Source of the DNA: Candidatus Bathyarchaeia archaeon
GTDB lineage: Archaea; Thermoproteota; Bathyarchaeia; Bathyarchaeales; Bathycorpusculaceae
Direction: 5' to 3'
Length of the DNA stretch: 64,000 nt
Assembly: GCA_038727135.1 (NCBI GenBank)
Contig: JAVYWL010000004.1
Span: 64,001 to 128,000, forward strand
Shown here: positions 19,744-30,213 of the stretch, in pieces
Layout: each line of letters opens with the position of its first letter
How positions within the stretch are numbered: the first letter of the stretch is position 1
The notes under the pieces: generated by a model
Seen by the model: only the letters and a program-made list of their open reading frames with translations
Database searches by the model: none
What the model was told of the DNA's origin: nothing
Translations under genes and position numbers: made by a program

Positions 19744-20271
19744 ACCTTTCTTGACCAGCAATTCAGCATTTTCGACGGGCAAAGATGCCACATCCTCAGC
19801 CTTAAATGGACCGTAGGTTTTAAGGTCTAAACCAACTATGGCTTGGACGTCCTCCAAAAAGCGTAAGATAACAATTTTGTGCTCCCCTTTCGATTCACAT
19901 TTTAAACTTATAGTCTGCCTTTGGATAAGATCACTGATAAAGCTCTTGTAAGCCTGAGCGAAGTTTGAAGCGTTTTTTAAGATTTCCTCTTCTTCAGTTG
20001 TTAAGCAATTTAACGGTATCTTTTCTCCCTTAACTAGCTTTTTCGCCAGCTTTTTATATCGCAAATTCATGAGCTCTTGAGTTATGTGCTTGACGTTTTC
20101 CATCTCCTTTTTTAATAAGGAGGCCTTCAATGTTTTTTGATCTATCATTCGCGTTTCCTCCCTGATTTTTCTTAAGTACTCAACAATTTTATAGTAAAAA
20201 TCATCCGGAAGTTTTGTGAGCTCAAAAGTTGATTTTTCCTTTTGCCAGCTCTCATAAATCTTTTCATACAT
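19720..20271 (-). CDS. GINS subunit Gins51
   Basis: LTKLPDDFY; C-terminal VGLDLKTYGPFKAEDVASLP; follows priS. Confidence 0.9.
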   Translation of the reverse strand: MYEKIYESWQKEKSTFELTKLPDDFYYKIVEYLRKIREETRMIDQKTLKASLLKKEMENVKHITQELMNLRYKKLAKKLVKGEKIPLNCLTTEEEEILKNASNFAQAYKSFISDLIQRQTISLKCESKGEHKIVILRFLEDVQAIVGLDLKTYGPFKAEDVASLPVENAELLVKKGLAQRILL

Positions 20272-21489
20272 TCACCCTAAAACCTCCGCCTTTCCTTTAC
20301 AAATTAGCAGCATTGCTGCTGCCGTTGGTAGGGTAACCTTCTGATTTTTGTAAGGTCCATAGGTTTCATCACTCACCCTAAATTCAGGGGAATCTGAAAC
20401 AAAAACAGTTATAGTTCCCTCTTTAAATGCTATTGCCCTTTTAAATGGGTCGAAGTTGTCAATTTCTGACGGCGAAAACTCGACTTTTTTAAGTCCTGTT
20501 TTACCGTGTAAAGTTTCTGGAAGTCTAATTAGTCTATGTACATCTGTTGTAACCACGGTGTCGATTTTTACCGATTGAATTTTTGCAGCGTGTTCTATCA
20601 ATTTTTTAAAAGTTTCAAAACCAACTCCACCAATGCCATGGAAGGTTCCAAGTTTCAAGTTTTTTATAAAAGTCTCTTTGTTTTGAATTACGGTTTTCGA
20701 TATGTTCTTTTTTAGACCAATTTCTCTTAAATCATCTTCTGTGGCTTCATGAATGAACTTTGCCATGCTTTCTTTGATACGTTTTGCCCAACTATAGTCG
20801 CTTGTATGATCTTTGAACAAGTTGTTTCTTTTCATTTTTGAATAAGAAATTATGTCTAAACCTTGGCATATCATATAGTCAACGATTTCTTTACGTGCAA
20901 GCGCGTCAAGTTTTTTTACAATATCGCTTTCAATATGAATATGGTAACCGCGATGTCCAGAAAAGAATAGGCGTATCTCCTTTTCGGAAAAACCAAAATC
21001 TTTTGTTAACATGTCTAGAAGCTTTAAGGTTTCCACTTTTGCTGACTCTAAACAAATTTCACAAGGCCATGTGGTTGCATCAAATTTTCCACCACTGCAG
21101 ATAGGGCATTTTTCTGGCGTGATTCCTCTTCCGGTAAAACCGCAATTAGAGCAATTCCACGTGTCATGAATTTTGCTGCAAGGCGTTGGAATGTGGTCAG
21201 CGTCGATGTCAAAAATTAAGTCAGCTCCTAACCATCCTTTCCTATCCATTTCAGCTTCTGGATTTTCGTAATAGGCGCATGAAAAGTATGCATCTGATGG
21301 AACCGAATCTCGTAGAAAAGCTTCTAAATCCTCCGCTTTTTTAAAAGACTTGTGCCTCAGCATCCGACCCTCAAAGAGATTAAAGCCAAACTCGCGCCTA
21401 TTTATCTCGGAGATAAAAGAACTTTTCAGAAGAGAGTGACTTTGATAAAATTTACGAAACATAACTTTAACAAAAGCTTTAGATTCCAT
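20272..21489 (-). CDS. priS: DNA primase small subunit
   Basis: REFGF, LIFDIDAD, FSGHRGYH, RLIRLP; probable start ATG 21489. Confidence 0.95.
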   Translation of the reverse strand: MESKAFVKVMFRKFYQSHSLLKSSFISEINRREFGFNLFEGRMLRHKSFKKAEDLEAFLRDSVPSDAYFSCAYYENPEAEMDRKGWLGADLIFDIDADHIPTPCSKIHDTWNCSNCGFTGRGITPEKCPICSGGKFDATTWPCEICLESAKVETLKLLDMLTKDFGFSEKEIRLFFSGHRGYHIHIESDIVKKLDALARKEIVDYMICQGLDIISYSKMKRNNLFKDHTSDYSWAKRIKESMAKFIHEATEDDLREIGLKKNISKTVIQNKETFIKNLKLGTFHGIGGVGFETFKKLIEHAAKIQSVKIDTVVTTDVHRLIRLPETLHGKTGLKKVEFSPSEIDNFDPFKRAIAFKEGTITVFVSDSPEFRVSDETYGPYKNQKVTLPTAAAMLLICKGKAEVLG

Positions 21490-21609
21490 CTTAAACCAAC
21501 ATATAAAATGGTAGTAGTTGACTATAAAATCCTTCTCTGCACTTAACAAAAACAAGATTCAAAAATGCGATGAAATAAAAAGGTTAAATACATTCGTTAA
21601 TTCTACGAC

Positions 21610-23781
21610 ATGTTAATGAGCGAAAAGAAAGAAATCTTGACTGATCTTCATAGGAGAGCTCTAAAATCCCTGCAAGTCGTTTTGATAGTGTTGATCTTTC
21701 TGGTCTCTTTTCTTTTAAAGTTCTTTATAATCCGTGTGAACAATGGATTGGGGGCTGATTATGGCGCCTATCTTAAATGGGCTGATGTTTTGAGAGGTTT
21801 TGATGTTACGGGTAAAGGACTACGGTATCCGCCAATTTACCCCGCTTTGCTAAGTTTTTTCACGTCATTTTTGGATGAAATCACAGCATTGATGGTGTGC
21901 GCAGCCTTTGTTTTTTCACTAATAGTTTTCCCTTACTTTTTACTGGCGAAGAAAATATTTGGAAGGGGTGCCTTTCCCCTAGTATCTTCTCTTTTAATCG
22001 TTTTTAATACGCTATATTCCGAAATGATCGGATGGGGCGGGAACGCTAATATGTTGGCGCTTGTCTTTCTCGTAGCCTTTCTTATATTTTGGGTTAACTG
22101 CATAAGGAATGTTAAGAGTATGAGGGACAAACTGTTAGCCGCGTTCTTCGCCAGTTTAACTGTAGGTTCTCATTACTTAGCAGCCGCATATCTCCTCATG
22201 TTTTTTCTCTCTTTTCTTTTTCTACTTTTAGTGTTGTGGTGTAAAAATCACGGGGATAAAAATATTGTAAATCTTGCAAAGTCCACATTAATAATTGGGC
22301 TGATAAGCTCTGTTTTGTGCACTCCATATATTTTTAATTATACCCATATTCTAAATTCGGCGGTCCTACAAGAAACAAATCTTTCATTGGCTGATCAGCG
22401 CATTGGCTTACTGAGTTATTTACTTTGGTTCAAACAAGCGCATTTATTTACCATTATCCTCATATCTCTTGGAATCATTGGAGTTTTAATTCTGATAGGT
22501 GAAAACAGATTGCTGGGCATAACATTAGCAGCCCTTTTTATTAGTGGGTGTTTGCCGATTTTCTTCACTTTACACTCAGCACGATGGGTCTTCTTCTGGC
22601 CAATACCTTTATTCTTAGGTGTATCCGTTTTCGTTAAAAAATTGTTATCAAAGCTTGAAGGTTTTAACAAGCGTTTAAAACTAATTTCTTTAGCTTGTTT
22701 AACCCTATTGATTTCTATGTCTATTTTCGGCTCCTTCTCCTCTCTCTTAATGGCAGTTTCATACTATAAAGTTTTAACACCCCAGTTTCTGGACGCGCTT
22801 AACTACTTGAGAAATAGCACTAATGGAGACTCAATCATCGCTACATCTGGGCCCTTCAAGCGAGGTGGTGAAGGTGATGGAATTTGTTATGGTTGGTGGA
22901 TTGAAGGATACGCTGATAGGCAAAGTGTTGCGACAGCGCATTTACGTTTTCTAACCTATTATGATGAAAGAGAAGTAGCTAAAAAAGCCAACATAATCTT
23001 TTCAGGCACTGATGTTCTTTTAAATGACTTTGTGATGGTTGCTGAAACCTTTCCAGCCGGTGTGGGCAATCCGAAGATAAGCGTAAACATTGGAGATTTC
23101 TATGATGGCCTTTTATTTTTCGCCGATGATAAGACGATAATTACGTGTTGCCAAAGCTCAAACATCACTTTGGGTAGCATTAAAGACACTGTTACCTATC
23201 AAGAAAATGAAGCTCATCCTGAAATTAACATATCGTATACCATTCGCGGTTCGGCAGTTCTAATTAAAAGTATAAGTATTTTGGATGATTTGACGGTTGA
23301 GGTTTCCTTTCAAATTCTTCAAACCAATATTACAAAAATTTTTATGCCTCTTTTTAAGTCAGATTTTGTAGATCTTAACAGCTATTTTAAATGGAGTAAC
23401 AAAGAGGTTGCGCTTGAAATGATTACTTCCATGGGGGCGTATGTTCGGCTAAATATGATCATAGATTATGAAGGAACGGTTAATACATACGTCAGACCAG
23501 CAGTCGGGAAGGAACAGGAATTCGCAATACTTGCATTTGATATTCCATCTTATGATGCGGTAATACGCTTAAGATTTGTTCTTCCAAAGCTTCTAAGCAT
23601 AGGTTCCGGTCAAGTGCGATACTTTAATGCTTATAAGCTAATCGAGGAGATGGGGATAGACTATGTCTTGATCAATGTAAACCGCAGAAGGGAATTTGAA
23701 TGGTTCAACAGCGATAATAATTTTTCAAAAGTGTTTGAAAATGATGAAGTAGCAATTTTCAAGCATCTTCTCCAACATTAA
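21610..23781 (+). CDS. GT-C-like multi-TM glycosyltransferase with C-terminal extracellular domain
   Basis: GADYGAY, YPPIY, many TM segments; GWWIEGY and C-terminal IDYVLI...KVFENDEVAIF resemble STT3/PMT-type proteins. Confidence 0.65.
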   Translation: MLMSEKKEILTDLHRRALKSLQVVLIVLIFLVSFLLKFFIIRVNNGLGADYGAYLKWADVLRGFDVTGKGLRYPPIYPALLSFFTSFLDEITALMVCAAFVFSLIVFPYFLLAKKIFGRGAFPLVSSLLIVFNTLYSEMIGWGGNANMLALVFLVAFLIFWVNCIRNVKSMRDKLLAAFFASLTVGSHYLAAAYLLMFFLSFLFLLLVLWCKNHGDKNIVNLAKSTLIIGLISSVLCTPYIFNYTHILNSAVLQETNLSLADQRIGLLSYLLWFKQAHLFTIILISLGIIGVLILIGENRLLGITLAALFISGCLPIFFTLHSARWVFFWPIPLFLGVSVFVKKLLSKLEGFNKRLKLISLACLTLLISMSIFGSFSSLLMAVSYYKVLTPQFLDALNYLRNSTNGDSIIATSGPFKRGGEGDGICYGWWIEGYADRQSVATAHLRFLTYYDEREVAKKANIIFSGTDVLLNDFVMVAETFPAGVGNPKISVNIGDFYDGLLFFADDKTIITCCQSSNITLGSIKDTVTYQENEAHPEINISYTIRGSAVLIKSISILDDLTVEVSFQILQTNITKIFMPLFKSDFVDLNSYFKWSNKEVALEMITSMGAYVRLNMIIDYEGTVNTYVRPAVGKEQEFAILAFDIPSYDAVIRLRFVLPKLLSIGSGQVRYFNAYKLIEEMGIDYVLINVNRRREFEWFNSDNNFSKVFENDEVAIFKHLLQH

Positions 23782-24821
23782 TCTCTAGAAGCCTGCGCCT
23801 TCCCTAGGACTTGTTCAATTATTTCTAAGACCAGTTTACCATCCTCAGCCGGTACGGGTGGTTCGGTGTTTTTTTCTATAGCATCGATGAATTTGCGGAT
23901 GAGCTCGTTGTGTCCAAAGTAAAGGCTTTTTGCAAGAAAGCGGAAACCCGAGTTTGCCGTCTCTTTGGTCATCTGCCATATTAAGTTTAAGGAGTTTATC
24001 AGTACTTCATATGGTGTGTGTCTACCTCCTTCCTTCAACTCTATTATTGCGTCGCGGAAAAAGTCGATTATTGCCACACGTTTTGTCCCCATAATTGCCA
24101 TAATCCATTCATCTCTTGGGGAATTAAAGGCTGAGTAGATATATGCTGTTGAGTTTTCCGCTTTCGATTCTAAAAATGCCTCTACACGTGACAATGGTTG
24201 TGGATTATTCTCCCATTCCTCAACTCTAGACCATGAAACTGACGTGCCTCTGCCAAGAAATTCGAGAATTGAATAAATCATATGGGGTGATTCATCAAAA
24301 AACAAGCCTCCAGGAAGCATAGGGTACCATTTCGGCAATCTTCTCTTTAAATTTGACATTTGAAGAGCAATAATATTAGTCACATTTCCAAAGGCACCTA
24401 AGTCTCTAAGCCTCCTAGCCTTTTTCATTGAACGGGAAAAGAGGAAATTATGGGAAACACAGATTTTTACACTATTTCGCCTCGCTGCCTCTATCATCAT
24501 TTCAGCCTCCCTCGTATTCATGGCTAAGGGCTTTTCGACAAAAACATGACAGCTAGATTCAGCCGCCTTAACAGCAATTTCGCAGTGAGTGAATGGCGGT
24601 GTACAAATATCAACAATATCCAATGAATTGCTCAGTAAACTGTCTACATTATCATAAATCTTCGGAATTCCAAATTTCTTTGCAACCTTTCTGGTCTCTT
24701 CCGTGGCCTTGCTAACAATGCCAACTATCTTAACTCTAGGATCTTTAATTAATGATGGAATATGACGGTTTACCGCCACCCATCCTGACCCAACAATGCC
24801 AACTTTAAGCATATGCTTCAC
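23778..24821 (-). CDS. Gfo/Idh/MocA oxidoreductase
   Basis: VGIVGSGWVA, CTPPFTH, VEKPLA. Confidence 0.92.
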   Translation of the reverse strand: MKHMLKVGIVGSGWVAVNRHIPSLIKDPRVKIVGIVSKATEETRKVAKKFGIPKIYDNVDSLLSNSLDIVDICTPPFTHCEIAVKAAESSCHVFVEKPLAMNTREAEMMIEAARRNSVKICVSHNFLFSRSMKKARRLRDLGAFGNVTNIIALQMSNLKRRLPKWYPMLPGGLFFDESPHMIYSILEFLGRGTSVSWSRVEEWENNPQPLSRVEAFLESKAENSTAYIYSAFNSPRDEWIMAIMGTKRVAIIDFFRDAIIELKEGGRHTPYEVLINSLNLIWQMTKETANSGFRFLAKSLYFGHNELIRKFIDAIEKNTEPPVPAEDGKLVLEIIEQVLGKAQASRD

Positions 24822-25978
24822 CTCAACGACTCATAAACGGACAGAACACTTAAGGCTGCTGAATCCCAACTAAACTTTTCCCTAAAATGATGCTCAATAA
24901 AAGCCCGCGCGTTCCGTCCAAGCCTTAGAGCTTCAGCTGGTGATTCAACTAAGTATTTTATTGCTTCGGCAAGCTGCCTTGCGTTGCCGGGCTCTATGAG
25001 GATTCCCGTTTCGTTGTGCATAATGATTTCGGATGTGCCGCTTACATGTGTTGCGATTATTGGTAATCCAGAAGCCATTGCCTCAAGAATTGTTAGGGGC
25101 ATGCCCTCGGTTAAAGACGGACGGACAAAAATTCCACCGTTTCTCAGTATTTCTGAGACTTTTGGAACAAAGCCCAAAAATTCAAAATAGGGTGAAAGTC
25201 CATACCTTGCGACAAGCTCTTCGAGTTGTTGTCTGTATGGTCCGTCTCCAACAATTTTAAACCTTATCTTTGTGATTTTGCTATTTATTAGGATTTTTGC
25301 GGCCTCCACAAGGTATTCTAATCCCTTATTTGGGATGAGTCTCCCAACAAAAATAACTTCCGGCTTGATGCTTTTTTGCATATTAAAAGATGAGCTAAAC
25401 TCTTCAAGGTCAACACCGTTTGGAATAACCACAACCTTTTTGGGCGGAGCACCTAGCGAAATTACGTGCTGCCGGACTGCGTGGCTCACGGCTATAATGG
25501 CGTCGCTTGAGGATAGAATAATTTTTCCAAAAAATTTTTCATAAGCTTTTGCGGCTAAAGCTTTCCAGCGTCCCAAAAGTGCAAGGTTGCTGACGTCTCC
25601 CAGATGGGCAGAGAAAACCAGTTTTCGATGAGAAACGCGTTTAATAAGCACAGCCAGCAATGATGTTGTAAAGAAAATATTATGGGCATGTATTATGTCC
25701 GGCGAAAAATCTTTTGCTACATTCAGAACTTTTTTAATGTCTTTTGGAACTGACAATTGCATCTGGAAAAGTTTTGTTAAGTTCACACCAGCCACTCTGT
25801 AAACTTTGATGCCGTCAACATCGTAACATAAACAATTTTCCCCCAAAGTGATTACTAAAATATCACATCCCATCTTCACAAGCCTTTTAGATAATTCATA
25901 AACAACTTTTTCCACGCCGCCACCTACATGCGGATAGAAGTAATCACTAAACATTAAGACCCTTAATTTTTGGGACAT
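24818..25978 (-). CDS. GT4 glycosyltransferase
   Basis: PHVGGG, IPNGVD, VGRL, EGMPLTILEAMASG; probable start MSQK. Confidence 0.93.
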   Translation of the reverse strand: MSQKLRVLMFSDYFYPHVGGGVEKVVYELSKRLVKMGCDILVITLGENCLCYDVDGIKVYRVAGVNLTKLFQMQLSVPKDIKKVLNVAKDFSPDIIHAHNIFFTTSLLAVLIKRVSHRKLVFSAHLGDVSNLALLGRWKALAAKAYEKFFGKIILSSSDAIIAVSHAVRQHVISLGAPPKKVVVIPNGVDLEEFSSSFNMQKSIKPEVIFVGRLIPNKGLEYLVEAAKILINSKITKIRFKIVGDGPYRQQLEELVARYGLSPYFEFLGFVPKVSEILRNGGIFVRPSLTEGMPLTILEAMASGLPIIATHVSGTSEIIMHNETGILIEPGNARQLAEAIKYLVESPAEALRLGRNARAFIEHHFREKFSWDSAALSVLSVYESLR

Positions 25979-26084
25979 TGTTCTTTCCACTTCAACCGTT
26001 TTAATTTGACTGTTTAAGAATTTCACACGACCATAACACAGTTTAAACAAGTTAAATAGGCAGCATACTATTTTGGTGTTCGTT

Positions 26085-26918
26085 TTAGCATATTATTACT
26101 CGCCTTAAGTCTAGCAGCATCGGAGTGCGGCTGTTTTCCGGTAAATTGATGGGCGTATAAGCTGGTAGCCATGATGGCTTCGGTAGGATGAAGTACCATC
26201 TTAGGGTGAATAGGTGTAATGCATTTTTCATTCCATCCACCAACGTGTTGAGTTTTTGCTTTCCTATGCGTTTTCTGTAGGGTACTGGTATTTCCGCCGC
26301 CTTAAACAGTCTGAAGGCGAAAACCTTTATTTCTTCTGAGAATGCCATGCCATCTGCTAGAAAGTCTATTTTGTCCAGTATGCTTTTTCTGAAAACCCAC
26401 ATTCCTGACTGTGAATCGTTAATGTTTACTCTGAACAACAGCCTTGTTATATAAGTTAGTATCTTGTTTCCGACGAGGTGAAGCCATGGGAAGCTCTTAT
26501 GTGTAAACTTTTTCATTCTATTTGTTGAGATGAAATCCAGCCTATATGTTTCTAGCATTTTAACAAGTTTTGGAATTAAGTAGGCTGGGTATGAGTAGTC
26601 TCCGTCTAATGTTACTATTATATCTCCGCTTGCATGCATGAAACCGGTTTTGTAGGCCCTTCCATAACCTCTGCGTGGCTCTATTACAACTTTGACTCCA
26701 TTTTTATAGGCTATTTCCCTTGTGCGGTCTGTAGATCCGCCGTCTACTACTATGATCTCGCATTTGTAGCCTATTTCTTCAAGTTCTTCTCTGGGGATTT
26801 CATCTAATACTCTTTGAAGACCTTTTTCCTCATTTAAGACTGGGATAACTATGCTTACTAACTTTTGAGTGCTCAATCTCAACCTTACCTTGCTCATATT
26901 TCTGAAAGATGTTAACAT
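26085..26918 (-). CDS. GT2 glycosyltransferase (Dol-P-sugar synthase-like)
   Basis: VIPVLNEE, VDGGSTD, LDGD, DSQSG. Confidence 0.92.
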   Translation of the reverse strand: MLTSFRNMSKVRLRLSTQKLVSIVIPVLNEEKGLQRVLDEIPREELEEIGYKCEIIVVDGGSTDRTREIAYKNGVKVVIEPRRGYGRAYKTGFMHASGDIIVTLDGDYSYPAYLIPKLVKMLETYRLDFISTNRMKKFTHKSFPWLHLVGNKILTYITRLLFRVNINDSQSGMWVFRKSILDKIDFLADGMAFSEEIKVFAFRLFKAAEIPVPYRKRIGKQKLNTLVDGMKNALHLFTLRWYFILPKPSWLPAYTPINLPENSRTPMLLDLRRVIIC

Positions 26919-26979
26919 TTAAGTTTATCGCGGCGATTATGATTTTGGGTTATAAAACTGATCGTTTCTTTTATCCTAT

Positions 26980-28002
26980 CTATTTCCTTTTGTAATATGT
27001 TAGAGGATGGCTAACTTTTCTGCATGTTTCGTCTGGTTCTGTGCATAGTCCATGCGTTTTGAGGGTGTCGCACTTTGGTGGCTTATATCGGGTTCTTGAA
27101 CCTCTTTCGCCCGCTATATGTTCTACTTGGTAGCGGGTTAGGCGTTCGTTGAAGTCTGAGGAGTTTCTGAAGAAGTCTATTATGTTTTCGGTTGGCATTC
27201 CTATGTTCACGAGGAAGGATGTCAGGGTGAACCTTCCTATGTGGGATATGTGACGTCCCTTTGAGGCAGCGTCGTAGAGCGCTTTTATACATGGCGGGAA
27301 AGCATCCTTCTTTAAGGTTTTTGGGATGCCCTCTATCTCTGCTCTGCTGACTTTTTCGAGTGTTAAGCTCTTAATTTTTTCAACAGTTTCCGCTATTTTC
27401 TGTGGAAATTCCGGTAGATCCTTTACTTCTAGGCGTTTTTCTATGTGCCTTCTGATCTCTTCGCTTAGGAGTCTTGCAGTTTCGTTTATTGTTAGATAGA
27501 CGTTTCCGTCTTTAAGTAGGCGGTTTACTAGTTTCCATTTTTTCTCCTTTAGGTTTGTGGTGTTTCTGAGGTAGTCGGTAAAGTGAAGCTTAAACTGGTA
27601 TGGCATATCTGCTTCCGTGTTTGTTGTGATTTTCCATTGGAAGTTGTTTGCTATTGCCAAAATTTTTTCTGGAGGCTCGTTTTTCATGTTGTTGTAGGCT
27701 TGCTTTGCTTCTGCTAGGGCGTATCTTCTTTTTATGAAGGGGGTTTGGGTGGCTGCTGCTAGCATTATTGCCGTTGGAAATGATAGGATTTCTATTTCTT
27801 CGTTACGGGTTTTTCTTGTCACTATTGCGTATAGGATTGCTTCTTCCACTCTTTCTTCGGCGCGTTCTAGAATTTGGGAGAATTCTGGGCTTGCCAAGTC
27901 CTCAATTTTTAAGTCTAGGGTTTTTACGTATTCTGCTGCTTCTTTCAGGAAAGGGTATTTGGCTAGGTCGTTTTTTGTGAATTTAACCGTTGAAAGTTGC
28001 AT
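26980..28002 (-). CDS. priL: DNA primase large subunit
   Basis: AKYPFL, FPPCI, RYQVEHIAG, Fe-S cysteines. Confidence 0.95.
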   Translation of the reverse strand: MQLSTVKFTKNDLAKYPFLKEAAEYVKTLDLKIEDLASPEFSQILERAEERVEEAILYAIVTRKTRNEEIEILSFPTAIMLAAATQTPFIKRRYALAEAKQAYNNMKNEPPEKILAIANNFQWKITTNTEADMPYQFKLHFTDYLRNTTNLKEKKWKLVNRLLKDGNVYLTINETARLLSEEIRRHIEKRLEVKDLPEFPQKIAETVEKIKSLTLEKVSRAEIEGIPKTLKKDAFPPCIKALYDAASKGRHISHIGRFTLTSFLVNIGMPTENIIDFFRNSSDFNERLTRYQVEHIAGERGSRTRYKPPKCDTLKTHGLCTEPDETCRKVSHPLTYYKRK

Positions 28003-28009
28003 TTTTCCA

Positions 28010-28765
28010 CTAGGCTGTTTCTATTCTTGGTGCCAGATAGAAGGTTAGTTTTCCTTCTTTTGCTTGTTGGAAGTCTATTTTTATTGGCATGTCTGTTGAG
28101 AATTCTAGGGTTGCTATGTCTGATGTGGCCGACGCTGCCTTAATTATTTCTGAGAGGTAGCTTAGGCTGAAGGTGGCTTTTGATGGCTCTTTTGCTTCTA
28201 GATCTAGTAGGGCGTCGCTTCCCTTTTTCAGCTCTATTGTTGCACCCATAAGATCGCCCGCGGCTTGGAAAACCAGTTTTTCGTTGTCTGCCTCTATGCG
28301 GACATGATCGCTTACGAGTTCGGCGTCTTCCACTGCTTGGCGTAAGCCGTCTGTTGTGGCTTTTGCCCTAACATTGAATGATATTTTTGGTGTTGGCACT
28401 TCTTCTTCTGATGCTTCAAGGGTTGGCATTGTAAAGTTCCGCGTGTACTTCCCAGTTATCTTCAACTGTAAGCGTCCAGTTTTTTCATCTAGAGCCAGCT
28501 CGATAACTTCGTCCTTTCCAGCCCTTTTCAGAAGCTTTAACAATTCGCCTATGTTTATGCACATTTTTGTTGGTTCAGTACAAACATATTCATCGAAGAC
28601 TGTTTTTGGCCATTCAAAGTCCACCATGGCAACGCGGGATGGGTCCATAGCTCTTAGCTTTAGGGCTTCCGGCGTTATCTGAAATGTGGCCTCGTCAACG
28701 AGGATGGATATGGCTGTCGCCATGTCCCTTAAAAGTTTAGCATCTGAAACCTTGAGTCTGAACAT
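28010..28765 (-). CDS. pcn: PCNA sliding clamp
   Basis: RAMDPSRVAMV, FYLAPR. Confidence 0.97.
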   Translation of the reverse strand: MFRLKVSDAKLLRDMATAISILVDEATFQITPEALKLRAMDPSRVAMVDFEWPKTVFDEYVCTEPTKMCINIGELLKLLKRAGKDEVIELALDEKTGRLQLKITGKYTRNFTMPTLEASEEEVPTPKISFNVRAKATTDGLRQAVEDAELVSDHVRIEADNEKLVFQAAGDLMGATIELKKGSDALLDLEAKEPSKATFSLSYLSEIIKAASATSDIATLEFSTDMPIKIDFQQAKEGKLTFYLAPRIETA

Positions 28766-28838
28766 GTCTCTCCCTTTTAAAGGGTAATGTTTAAGGTTAT
28801 AAAACTTTTATACACTTAAGCGTAATGCTGAATGGCTT

Positions 28839-29192
28839 TTATGAGTATTCTCTGAATGTGTAGCCGCATTTTGTGCAGCGGAGGAACTGGGTTGAGGATT
28901 CGTCTGCTCCGCGGGTTTGCACTTGCCATACGTAAGCCGTGTTGTTTCCACATTTTGGACACTCAATTCTGACTGTTGGGAGGGTTCGGAGTTTTTGTTC
29001 TTCCTTGCCTATCACTGCAACTTGTTGCTGAGGGTTGTGCTGGATTATTTTTGCAACTTTTGGTGCAGCTTTTTCGCTTACTATGCGTTTCTTGTAGCCG
29101 CATTTTGGACAAGTAAGCGTGAGGGATTCCTTTTTCTCAGATTTTGCCTTTTTTGGCACGAGACGTGTTCCGCATTTTGGGCAAAATTCCAT
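28839..29192 (-). CDS. tfs: Transcription factor S
   Basis: MEFCPKCG, QTRGADE, CTKC. Confidence 0.95.
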   Translation of the reverse strand: MEFCPKCGTRLVPKKAKSEKKESLTLTCPKCGYKKRIVSEKAAPKVAKIIQHNPQQQVAVIGKEEQKLRTLPTVRIECPKCGNNTAYVWQVQTRGADESSTQFLRCTKCGYTFREYS

Positions 29193-29272
29193 TGTTTTAA
29201 ACTCCGGTTTCCGTTTGTTTTCCCATGACTTGGTGTCTTTTAAACTTTTTCTTTCGACAATTAGGATTCAAA

Positions 29273-29866
29273 CTATATTGTGCTAAGCCCGGATGCAATT
29301 AAATGTGCAACACGGAGTGCCTCGGGAATGTAGCTCCGCGTCGATGTCAACTGCAGAATTTTTTTGGCATCCTCTTCTGAGATTCCAGACATCTGCATGT
29401 AAATTTTGCCTCTCCCACCTCGTATGGGCACTTCGTAAAGTTCTCCGGCATTAAGTATGGCTTTCCATCGTTCCTCACTTTTTGGAAGCTTTTTTAGGGC
29501 TTCACGGATTTCGTCAAAGTTTGGTTTATCACGTGTCACAGCGATCACTGGGAGTCCCGTGTTTGCGTTGAGCTTTTTTATGTCCACCACGTTAAAGCCA
29601 GCAATAGTCACGCCATTAAGCATCACAACCCTCAACTGCTTATAGTGTGGAGAATTCTTTATCATGGATGAAATTTTTCTTGTGGCTTCAAATCCGTCAA
29701 CCTTAACCTTTGTGTGCATGACCCCATCAAGCCAGTATCCGCCGCGGAAAACAACGCCTACAACGGGCACTAAACTTTTTGTGTGGGGTTTAAATACTCC
29801 GTCATCAACTCCCAAAACGCGGATTTCAGGCTTTATTACACGAAACTTTCTTGTGGTGGTGGGCAA
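29273..29866 (-). CDS. DUF99 family (endonuclease V-like) protein
   Basis: GVDDG, AGFNVVD, IPEALRVAH. Confidence 0.88.
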   Translation of the reverse strand: MPTTTRKFRVIKPEIRVLGVDDGVFKPHTKSLVPVVGVVFRGGYWLDGVMHTKVKVDGFEATRKISSMIKNSPHYKQLRVVMLNGVTIAGFNVVDIKKLNANTGLPVIAVTRDKPNFDEIREALKKLPKSEERWKAILNAGELYEVPIRGGRGKIYMQMSGISEEDAKKILQLTSTRSYIPEALRVAHLIASGLSTI

Positions 29867-30016
29867 AATCTTCCCTCAAATTGTCCAGCAGAAATAGAGG
29901 CTTGTACACATTATAAGTTTAGCGAAAACATTTTGAGACATGATAGCAGAATACAAGAAAGCTTAAAAGTTTTTGGAAGTGCAACTAAAAGCGTCAGGGC
30001 TGGCACGTGAAGAGTT

Positions 30017-30211
30017 ATGGATAAAACGGAAACCATAGGCGCGTTTTTAATAGTCATCGGGCTCTTGCTAATTATTCATCATATGATTTTTTGGCAGAGA
30101 CCTTTTGACCTTGCCGACATGCTGCATCACGAGTTTTTTGAGGCAATATTTTTCACGGCTGGGGTAACCCTCCTAATAGTGACATGGTCAAATAAGCGGA
30201 GAGGAAGTTAA
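30017..30211 (+). CDS. Small membrane protein
   Basis: Two TM segments with HH pairs; 2 bp upstream of the deaminase gene. Confidence 0.6.
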   Translation: MDKTETIGAFLIVIGLLLIIHHMIFWQRPFDLADMLHHEFFEAIFFTAGVTLLIVTWSNKRRGS

Positions 30212-30213
30212 CA

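Noticed and set aside
29903-29909. Single TGTACAC in the DUF99/mtaD intergenic region
   Set aside because: Isolated partial match; the same core also occurs by chance inside coding regions
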